64,000 nucleotides of DNA from Auanema rhodensis (lineage: Eukaryota > Animalia > Nematoda). The position numbers were made by a program, and so were the translations under genes. Location: NCBI GenBank assembly GCA_964057225.1, contig OZ059894.1, positions 23,002,001-23,066,000 on the forward strand. Reading direction: 5' to 3'. The notes below the pieces were generated by a model. The model was not told the DNA's origin, made no database searches, and saw only the letters and a list, made by a program, of their open reading frames with translations. Shown piece after piece: positions 53,201 through 64,000 of the stretch. Positions within the stretch are counted from its first letter, which is position 1. Each line of letters begins with the position of its first letter.

Positions 53201-56200
53201 TGTTATTTAACGAAAAAATTAATTCTTTAGGGTGAAAATCGAGGATATAAGTGTGAACTTATATCAGTTGATATCTCGGTGCATTTTTAAGCTAGCGCAA
53301 ATCTGATAACACAGATCGACGCAGCTTAAAAATCCGCATCGAATGCACTCTACTACATTGAGAAACGCTTAATACAAAAATTAGTTATGATCGTTTGAAA
53401 AATGATGCATTAGTGTATGTTGAGTTTCCATGTACACTCAATATTGCTTCCAAAAACATTTTGACAAAAATTTTTTCGAAAAATTTCAAAATAATTTAGC
53501 AAAAAGTAGATGTTTTTAGATTCCTTTTTTCAAGGCAAAGACGATGGACAATGTTATTCAACGAAAAAATTGTTTCTTCAGGGTGAAAATCGAGGATATA
53601 AGTGTGAACTTATATCAGTTGATATCTCGGTGCATTTTTAAGCTAGCGCAAATCTGATAACACAGATCGACGCAGCTTAAAAATCCGCATCGAATGCACT
53701 ATACTACATTGAGAAACGCTTGATACAAAAATTAGTTATGATCGTTTGAAAAATGATGCATTAGTGTATGTTGAGTTTCCATGTACACTCAACATTGCTT
53801 CCAAAAACATTTTGACAAAAATTTTTTCGAAAAATTTCAAAAGAATTTAGCAAAAAGTAGATGTTTTTAGATTCCATTTTTCAAGGCAAAGACGATAGAC
53901 AATGTTATTCAACGAAAAAATTAATTCTTTAGGGTGAAAATCGAGGATATAAGTGTGAACTTATATCAGTTGATATCTCGGTGCATTTTTAAGCTAGCGC
54001 AAATCTGATCACACAGATCGACGCAGCTTAAAAATCCGCATCGAATGCACTATACTACATTGAGAAACGCTTAATACACAAATTAGTTATGATCGTTTGA
54101 AAAATGATGCATTAGTGTATGTTGAGTTTCCATGTACACTCAATATTGCTTCCAAAAACATTTTGACAAAAATTTTTTCGAAAAGTTTCAAAAGAATTTA
54201 GCAAAAAGTAGATGTTTTTAGATTCCATTTTTCAAGGCAAAGACGATAGACAATGTTATGCAACGAAAAAATTAATTCTTTAGGGTGAAAATCGAGGATA
54301 TAAGTGTGAACTTATATCAGTTGATATCTCGGTGCATTTTTAAGCTAGCGCAAATCTGATCACACAGATCGACGCAGCTTAAAAATCCGCATCGAATGCA
54401 CTATACTACATTGAGAAACGCTTAATACACAAATTAGTTATGATCGTTTGAAAAATGATGCATTAGTGTATGTTGAGTTTCCATGTACAATCAACATTGC
54501 TTCCAAAAACATTTTGACAAAAATTTTTTCGAAAAATTTCAAAATAATTTAGCAAAAAGTAGATGTTTTTAGATTCCATTTTTCAAGGCAAAGACGATAG
54601 ACAATGTTATTCAACGAAAAAATTAATTCTTTAGGGTGAAAATCGAGGATATAAGTGTGAACTTATATCAGTTGATATCTCGGTGCATTTTTAAGCTAGC
54701 GCAAATCTGATCACACAGATCGACGCAGCTTAAAAATCCGCATCGAATGCACTATACTACATTGAGAAACGCTTAATACACAAATTAGTTATGATCGTTT
54801 GAAAAATGATGCATTAGTGTATGTTGAGTTTCCATGTACACTCAATATTGCTTCCAAAAACATTTTGACAAAACTTTTTTCGAAAAATTTCAAAAGAATT
54901 TAGCAAAAAGTAGATGTTTTTAGATTTCATTTTTCAAGGCAAAGACGATAGACAATGTTATTTAACGAAAAAATTAATTCTTTAGGGTGAAAATCGAGGA
55001 TATAAGTGTGAACTTATATCAGTTGATATCTCGGTGCATTTTTAAGCTAGCGCAAATCTGATAACACAGATCGACGCAGCTTAAAAATCCGCATCGAATG
55101 CACTATACTACATTGAGAAACGCTTAATACACAAATTAGTTATGATCGTTTGAAAAATGATGCATTAGTGTATGTTGAGTTTCCATGTACACTCAATATT
55201 GCTTCCAAAAACATTTTGACAAAAATTTTTTCGAAAAATTTCAAAAGAATTTAGCAAAAAGTAGATGTTTTTAGATTCCATTTTTCAAGGCAAAGACGAT
55301 AGACAATGTTATTCAACGAAAAAATTATTTCTTCAGGGTGAAAATCGAGGATATAAGTGTGAACTTATATCAGTTGATATCTCGGTGCATTTTTCAGCTA
55401 GCGCAAATCTGATCACACAGATCGACGCAGCTTAAAAATCCGCATCGAATGCACTCTACTACATTGAGAAACGCTTAATACAAAAATTAGTTATGATCGT
55501 TTGAAAAATGATGCATTAGTGTATGTTGAGTTTCCATGTACACTCAATATTGCTTCCAAAAACATTTTGACAAAAATTTTTTCGAAAAATTTCAAAATAA
55601 TTTAGCAAAAAGTAGATGTTTTTAGATTTCATTTTTCAAGGCAAAGACGATGGACAATGTTATTCAACGAAAAAATTATTTCTTCAGGGTGAAAATCGAG
55701 GATATAAGTGTGAACATATATCAGTTGATATCTCGGTGCATTTTTAAGCTAGCGCAAATCTGATAACACAGATCGACGCAGCTTAAAAATCCGCATCGAA
55801 TGCACTCTGTTACATTGAGAAACGCTTAATACAAAAATTAGTTATGATCGTTTGAAAAATGATGCATTAGTGTATGTTGAGTTTCCATGTACACTCAATA
55901 TTGCTTCCAAAAACATTTTGACAAAAATTTTTTCGAAAAATTTCAAAATAATTTAGCAAAAAGTAGATGTTTTTAGATTCCTTTTTTCAAGGCAAAGACG
56001 ATGGACAATGTTATTCAACGAAAAAATTATTTCTTCAGGGTGAAAATCGAGGATATAAGTGTGAACTTATATCAGTTGATATCTCGGTGCATTTTTAAGC
56101 TAGCGCAAATCTGATAACACAGATCGACGCAGCTTAAAAATCCGCATCGAATGCACTATACTACATTGAGAAACGCTTGATACAAAAATTAGTTATGATC

Positions 56201-56699
56201 GTTTGAAAAATGATGCATTAGTGTATGTTGAGTTTCCATGTACACTCAACATTGCTTCCAAAAACATTTTGACAAAAATTTTTTCGAAAAATTTCAAAAG
56301 AATTTAGCAAAAAGTAGATGTTTTTAGATTCCATTTTTCAAGGCAAAGACGATAGACAATGTTATTCAACGAAAAAATTAATTCTTTAGGGTGAAAATCG
56401 AGGATATAAGTGTGAACTTATATCAGTTGATATCTCGGTGCATTTTTAAGCTAGCGCAAATCTGATCACACAGATCGACGCAGCTTAAAAATCCGCATCG
56501 AATGCACTATACTACATTGAGAAACGCTTAATACACAAATTAGTTATGATCGTTTGAAAAATGATGCATTAGTGTATGTTGAGTTTCCATGTACACTCAA
56601 TATTGCTTCCAAAAACATTTTGACAAAAATTTTTTCGAAAAATTTCAAAAGAATTTAGCAAAAAGTAGATGTTTTTAGATTCCATTTTTCAAGGCAAAG

Positions 56700-59600
56700 A
56701 CGATAGACAATGTTATGCAACGAAAAAATTAATTCTTTAGGGTGAAAATCGAGGATATAAGTGTGAACATATATCAGTTGATATCTCGGTGCATTTTTAA
56801 GCTAGCGCAAATCTGATAACACAGATCGACGCAGCTTAAAAATCCGCATCGAATGCACTATACTACATTGAGAAACGCTTAATACACAAATTAGTTATGA
56901 TCGTTTGAAAAATGATGCATTAGTGTATGTTGAGTTTCCATGTACACTCAATATTGCTTCCAAAAACATTTTGACAAAAATTTTTTCGAAAAATTTCAAA
57001 AGAATTTAGCAAAAAGTAGATGTTTTTAGATTCCATTTTTCAAGGCAAAGACGATAGACAATGTTATGCAACGAAAAAATTAATTCTTTAGGGTGAAAAT
57101 CGAGGATATAAGTGTGAACTTATATCAGTTGATATCTCGGTGCATTTTTAAGCTAGCGCAAATCTGATAACACAGATCCACGCAGCTTAAAAATCCGCAT
57201 CGAATGCACTATACTACATTGAGAAACGCTTGATACAAAAATTAGTTATGATCGTTTGAAAAATGATGCATTAGTGTAAGTTGAGTTTCCATGTACACTC
57301 AACATTGCTTCCAAAAACATTTTGACAAAAATTTTTTCGAAAAACTTCAAAAGAATTTAGCAAAAAGTAGATGTTTTTAGATTCCATTTTTCAAGGCAAA
57401 GACGATAGACAATGTTATTCAACGAAAAAATTAATTCTTTAGGGTGAAAATCGAGGATATAAGTGTGAACTTATATCAGTTGATATCTCGGTGCATTTTT
57501 AAGCTAGCGCAAATCTGATCACACAGATCGACGCAGCTTAAAAATCCGCATCGAATGCACTATACTACATTGAGAAACGCTTAATACACAAATTAGTTAT
57601 GATTGTTTGAAAAATGATGCATTAGTGTATGTTGAGTTTCCATGTACACTCAATATTGCTTCCAAAAACATTTTGACAAAAATTTTTTCGAAAAATTTCA
57701 AAAGAATTTAGCAAAAAGTAGATGTTTTTAGATTCCATTTTTCAAGGCAAAGACGATAGACAATGTTATGCAACGAAAAAATTAATTCTTTAGGGTGAAA
57801 ATCGAGGATATAAGTGTGAACATATATCAGTTGATATCTCGGTGCATTTTTAAGCTAGCGCAAATCTGATAACACAGATCGACGCAGCTTAAAAATCCGC
57901 ATCGAATGCACTATACTACATTGAGAAACGCTTAATACACAAATTAGTTATGATCGTTTGAAACATGATGCATTAGTGTATGTTGAGTTTCCATGTACAC
58001 TCAATATTGCTTCCAAAAACATTTTGACAAAAATTTTTTCGAAAAATTTCAAAAGAATTTAGCAAAAAGTAGATGTTTTTAGATTCCATTTTTCAAGGCA
58101 AAGACGATAGACAATGTTATGCAACGAAAAAATTAATTCTTTAGGGTGAAAATCGAGGATATAAGTGTGAACTTATATCAGTTGATATTTCGGTGCATTT
58201 TTAAGCTAGCGCAAATCTGATCACACAGATCGACGCAGCTTAAAAATCCGCATCGAATGCACTATACTACATTGAGAAACGCTTAATACACAAATTAGTT
58301 ATGATCGTTTGAAAAATGATGCATTAGTGTATGTTGAGTTTCCATGTACACTCAATATTGCTTCCAAAAACATTTTGACAAAAATTTTTTCGAAAAATTT
58401 CAAAAGAATTTAGCAAAAAGTAGATGTTTTTAGATTCCATTTTTCAAGGCAAAGACGATAGACAATGTTATTCAACGAAAAAATTAATTCTTTAGGGTGA
58501 AAATCGAGGATATAAGTGTGAACTTATATCAGTCGATATCTCGGTGCATTTTTAAGCTAGCGCAAATCTGATAACACAGATCGACGCAGCTTAAAAATCC
58601 GCATCGAATGCACTATACTACATTGAGAAACGCTTAATACACAAATTAGTTATGATCGTTTGAAAAATGATGCATTAGTGTATGTTGAGTTTCCATGTAC
58701 ACTCAATATTGCTTCCAAAAACATTTTGACAAAAATTTTTTCGAAAAATTTCAAAAGAATTTAGCAAAAAGTAGATGTTTTTAGATTCCATTTTTCAAGG
58801 CAAAGACGATAGACAATGTTATGCAACGAAAAAATTAATTCTTTAGGGTGAAAATCGAGGATATAAGTGTGAACTTATATCAGTTGATATCTCGGTGCAT
58901 TTTTAAGCTAGCGCAAATCTGATAACACAGATCCACGCAGCTTAAAAATCCGCATCGAATGCACTATACTACATTGAGAAACGCTTGATACAAAAATTAG
59001 TTATGATCGTTTGAAAAATGATGCATTAGTGTATGTTGAGTTTCCATGTACACTCAACATTGCTTCCAAAAACATTTTGACAAAAATTTTTTCGAAAAAC
59101 TTCAAAAGAATTTAGCAAAAAGTAGATGTTTTTAGATTCCATTTTTCAAGGCAAAGACGATAGACAATGTTATTCAACGAAAAAATTAATTCTTTAGGGT
59201 GAAAATCGAGGATATAAGTGTGAACTTATATCAGTTGATATCTCGGTGCATTTTTAAGCTAGCGCAAATCTGATCACACAGATCGACGCAGCTTAAAAAT
59301 CCGCATCGAATGCACTATACTACATTGAGAAACGCTTAATACACAAATTAGTTATGATTGTTTGAAAAATGATGCATTAGTGTATGTTGAGTTTCCATGT
59401 ACACTCAATATTGCTTCCAAAAACATTTTGACAAAAATTTTTTCGAAAAATTTCAAAAGAATTTAGCAAAAAGTAGATGTTTTTAGATTCCATTTTTCAA
59501 GGCAAAGACGATAGACAATGTTATGCAACGAAAAAATTAATTCTTTAGGGTGAAAATCGAGGATATAAGTGTGAACATATATCAGTTGATATCTCGGTGC

Positions 59601-62300
59601 ATTTTTAAGCTAGCGCAAATCTGATAACACAGATCGACGCAGCTTAAAAATCCGCATCGAATGCACTATACTACATTGAGAAACGCTTAATACACAAATT
59701 AGTTATGATCGTTTGAAACATGATGCATTAGTGTATGTTGAGTTTCCATGTACACTCAATATTGCTTCCAAAAACATTTTGACAAAAATTTTTTCGAAAA
59801 ATTTCAAAAGAATTTAGCAAAAAGTAGATGTTTTTAGATTCCATTTTTCAAGGCAAAGACGATAGACAATGTTATGCAACGAAAAAATTAATTCTTTAGG
59901 GTGAAAATCGAGGATATAAGTGTGAACTTATATCAGTTGATATTTCGGTGCATTTTTAAGCTAGCGCAAATCTGATCACACAGATCGACGCAGCTTAAAA
60001 ATCCGCATCGAATGCACTATACTACATTGAGAAACGCTTAATACACAAATTAGTTATGATCGTTTGAAAAATGATGCATTAGTGTATGTTGAGTTTCCAT
60101 GTACACTCAATATTGCTTCCAAAAACATTTTGACAAAAATTTTTTCGAAAAATTTCAAAAGAATTTAGCAAAAAGTAGATGTTTTTAGATTCCATTTTTC
60201 AAGGCAAAGACGATAGACAATGTTATGCAACGAAAAAATTAATTCTTTAGGGTGAAAATCGAGGATATAAGTGTGAACATATATCAGTTGATATCTCGGT
60301 GCATTTTTAAGCTAGCGCAAATCTGATAACACAGATCGACGCAGCTTAAAAATCCGCATCGAATGCACTATACTACATTGAGAAACGCTTAATACACAAA
60401 TTAGTTATGATCGTTTGAAAAATGATGCATTAGTGTATGTTGAGTTTCCATGTACACTCAATATTGCTTCCAAAAACATTTTGACAAAAATTTTTTCGAA
60501 AAATTTCGAAAGAATTTAGCAAAAAGTAGATGTTTTTAGATTCCATTTTTCAAGGCAAAGACGATAGACAATGTTATGCAACGAAAAAATTAATTCTTTA
60601 GGGTGAAAATCGAGGATATAAGTGTGAACTTATATCAGTTGATATCTCGGTGCATTTTTAAGCTAGCGCAAATCTGATAACACAGATCCACGCAGCTTAA
60701 AAATCCGCATCGAATGCACTATACTACATTGAGAAACGCTTGATACAAAAATTAGTTATGATCGTTTGAAAAATGATGCATTAGTGTATGTTGAGTTTCC
60801 ATGTACACTCAACATTGCTTCCAAAAACATTTTGACAAAAATTTTTTCGAAAAACTTCAAAAGAATTTAGCAAAAAGTAGATGTTTTTAGATTCCATTTT
60901 TCAAGGCAAAGACGATAGACAATGTTATTCAACGAAAAAATTAATTCTTTAGGGTGAAAATCGAGGATATAAGTGTGAACTTATATCAGTTGATATCTCG
61001 GTGCATTTTTAAGCTAGCGCAAATCTGATCACACAGATCGACGCAGCTTAAAAATCCGCATCGAATGCACTATACTACATTGAGAAACGCTTAATACACA
61101 AATTAGTTATGATTGTTTGAAAAATGATGCATTAGTGTATGTTGAGTTTCCATGTACACTCAATATTGCTTCCAAAAACATTTTGACAAAAATTTTTTCG
61201 AAAAATTTCAAAAGAATTTAGCAAAAAGTAGATGTTTTTAGATTCCATTTTTCAAGGCAAAGACGATAGACAATGTTATGCAACGAAAAAATTAATTCTT
61301 TAGGGTGAAAATCGAGGATATAAGTGTGAACATATATCAGTTGATATCTCGGTGCATTTTTAAGCTAGCGCAAATCTGATAACACAGATCGACGCAGCTT
61401 AAAAATCCGCATCGAATGCACTATACTACATTGAGAAACGCTTAATACACAAATTAGTTATGATCGTTTGAAACATGATGCATTAGTGTATGTTGAGTTT
61501 CCATGTACACTCAATATTGCTTCCAAAAACATTTTGACAAAAATTTTTTCGAAAAATTTCAAAAGAATTTAGCAAAAAGTAGATGTTTTTAGATTCCATT
61601 TTTCAAGGCAAAGACGATAGACAATGTTATGCAACGAAAAAATTAATTCTTTAGGGTGAAAATCGAGGATATAAGTGTGAACTTATATCAGTTGATATTT
61701 CGGTGCATTTTTAAGCTAGCGCAAATCTGATCACACAGATCGACGCAGCTTAAAAATCCGCATCGAATGCACTATACTACATTGAGAAACGCTTAATACA
61801 CAAATTAGTTATGATCGTTTGAAAAATGATGCATTAGTGTATGTTGAGTTTCCATGTACACTCAATATTGCTTCCAAAAACATTTTGACAAAAATTTTTT
61901 CGAAAAATTTCAAAAGAATTTAGCAAAAAGTAGATGTTTTTAGATTCCATTTTTCAAGGCAAAGACGATAGACAATGTTATTCAACGAAAAAATTAATTC
62001 TTTAGGGTGAAAATCGAGGATATAAGTGTGAACTTATATCAGTCGATATCTCGGTGCATTTTTAAGCTAGCGCAAATCTGATAACACAGATCGACGCAGC
62101 TTAAAAATCCGCATCGAATGCACTATACTACATTGAGAAACGCTTAATACACAAATTAGTTATGATCGTTTGAAAAATGATGCATTAGTGTATGTTGAGT
62201 TTCCATGTACACTCAATATTGCTTCCAAAAACATTTTGACAAAAATTTTTTCGAAAAATTTCAAAAGAATTTAGCAAAAAGTAGATGTTTTTAGATTCCA
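56700..62300 (+). repeat. 5-monomer (1755 bp) HOR, 3 copies, with 10-mer (3510 bp) superperiod
   Basis: AAAACTTC at 57345/59100/60855, GATTGTT at 57604/59359/61114, GAAACATG at 57964/59719/61474. CAGTCGAT at 58534/62044 and GAACATAT at 56769/60279 are 3510 apart. Confidence 0.9.
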
Positions 62301-64000
62301 TTTTTCAAGGCAAAGACGATAGACAATGTTATTCAACGAAAAAATTAATTCTTTAGGGTGAAAATCGAGGATATAAGTGTGAACTTATATCAGTTGATAT
62401 CTCGGTGCATTTTTAGGCTAGCGCAAATCTGATCACACAGATCGACGCAGCTTAAAAATCCGCATCGAATGCACTATACTACATTGAGAAACGCTTAATA
62501 CACAAATTAGTTATGATCGTTTGAAAAATGATGCATTAGTGTATGTTGAGTTTCCATGTACACTCAATATTGCTTCCAAAAACATTTTGACAAAAATTTT
62601 TTCGAAAAATTTCAAAAGAATTTAGCAAAAAGTAGATGTTTTTAGATTCCATTTTTCAAGGCAAAGACGATAGACAATGTTATTCAACGAAAAAATTAAT
62701 TCTTTAGGGTGAAAATCGAGGATATAAGTGTGAACTTATATCAGTCGATATCTCGGTGCATTTTTAAGCTAGCGCAAATCTGATAACACAGATCGACGCA
62801 GCTTAAAAATCCGCATCGAATGCACTATACTACATTGAGAAACGCTTAATACACAAATTAGTTATGATCGTTTGAAAAATGATGCATTAGTGTATGTTGA
62901 GTTTCCATGTACACTCAATATTGCTTCCAAAAACATTTTGACAAAAATTTTTTCGAAAAATTTCAAAAGAATTTAGCAAAAAGTAGATGTTTTTAGATTC
63001 CATTTTTCAAGGCAAAGACGATAGACAATGTTATTCAACGAAAAAATTAATTCTTTAGGGTGAAAATCGAGGATATAAGTGTGAACTTATATCAGTTGAT
63101 ATCTCGGTGCATTTTTAAGCTAGCGCAAATCTGATAACACAGATCGACGCAGCTTAAAAATCCGCATCGAATGCACTATACTACATTGAGAAACGCTTAA
63201 TACACAAATTAGTTATGATCGTTTGAAAAATGATGCATTAGTGTATGTTGAGTTTCCATGTACACTCAATATTGCTTCCAAAAACATTTTGACAAAAATT
63301 TTTTCGAAAAATTTCAAAAGAATTTAGCAAAAAGTAGATGTTTTTAGATTCCATTTTTCAAGGCAAAGACGATAGACAATGTTATTCAACGAAAAAATTA
63401 ATTCTTTAGGGTGAAAATCGAGGATATAAGTGTGAACTTATATCAGTCGATATCTCGGTGCATTTTTAAGCTAGCGCAAATCTGATCACACAGATCGACG
63501 CAGCTTAAAAATCCGCATCGAATGCACTATACTACATTGAGAAACGCTTAATACACAAATTAGTTATGATCGTTTGAAAAATGATGCATTAGTGTATGTT
63601 GAGTTTCCATGTACACTCAATATTGCTTCCAAAAACATTTTGACAAAAATTTTTTCGAAAAATTTCGAAAGAATTTAGCAAAAAGTAGATGTTTTTAGAT
63701 TCCATTTTTCAAGGCAAAGACGATAGACAATGTTATGCAACGAAAAAATTAATTCTTTAGGGTGAAAATCGAGGATATAAGTGTGAACATATATCAGTTG
63801 ATATCTCGGTGCATTTTTAAGCTAGCGCAAATCTGATAACACAGATCGACGCAGCTTAAAAATCCGCATCGAATGCACTATACTACATTGAGAAACGCTT
63901 AATACACAAATTAGTTATGATCGTTTGAAAAATGATGCATTAGTGTATGTTGAGTTTCCATGTACACTCAATATTGCTTCCAAAAACATTTTGACAAAAA

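Larger units (their letters stand above)
3387..64000 (+). repeat. 351-bp satellite array, main orientation (~173 monomers; continues off the window end)
   Basis: Uninterrupted head-to-tail repeats of ...CTTCAGGGTGAAAATCGAGGATATAAGTGTGAACTTATATCAGTTGATATCTCGGTGC... Monomers are 351 bp, apart from a recurrent 350-bp variant and one 352-bp copy. No non-satellite insertion seen. Confidence 0.98.

Noticed and set aside
1-64000. CRISPR array or repeat-spacer system
   Set aside because: No unique spacers; the whole 351 bp repeats, and there are no cas genes.

Overview
The whole 64 kb window is one AT-rich (about 32% GC in monomer 1) tandem satellite array of a 351-bp monomer, about 182 copies, with only a few substitutions between copies. 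I see no supportable genes, TEs, RNA genes or CRISPR array; it looks like eukaryotic centromeric or heterochromatic satellite DNA, and I cannot identify the species. There are three levels of structure. (1) The array switches orientation at a 10-bp microhomology (3387-3396). Bases 1-3396 are a near-exact inverted duplicate of 4346-7741, with 3 mismatches seen and a 949-bp spacer, which is fold-back geometry. (2) Variant positions define successive local higher-order repeats (HORs): 6-mer, 5-mer, 7-mer, variable 13-18-mer, 5+4=9-mer and 5/10-mer, with a left-to-right turnover of variants. (3) The monomer is densely tiled with dyad symmetries, including a 67-nt long hairpin and a 9-bp stem with a GTGA loop that becomes a perfect 22-bp palindrome in one sub-lineage. 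The listed ORFs are by-products of single stop-loss variants. All comparisons were made by eye, and HOR block edges are approximate.
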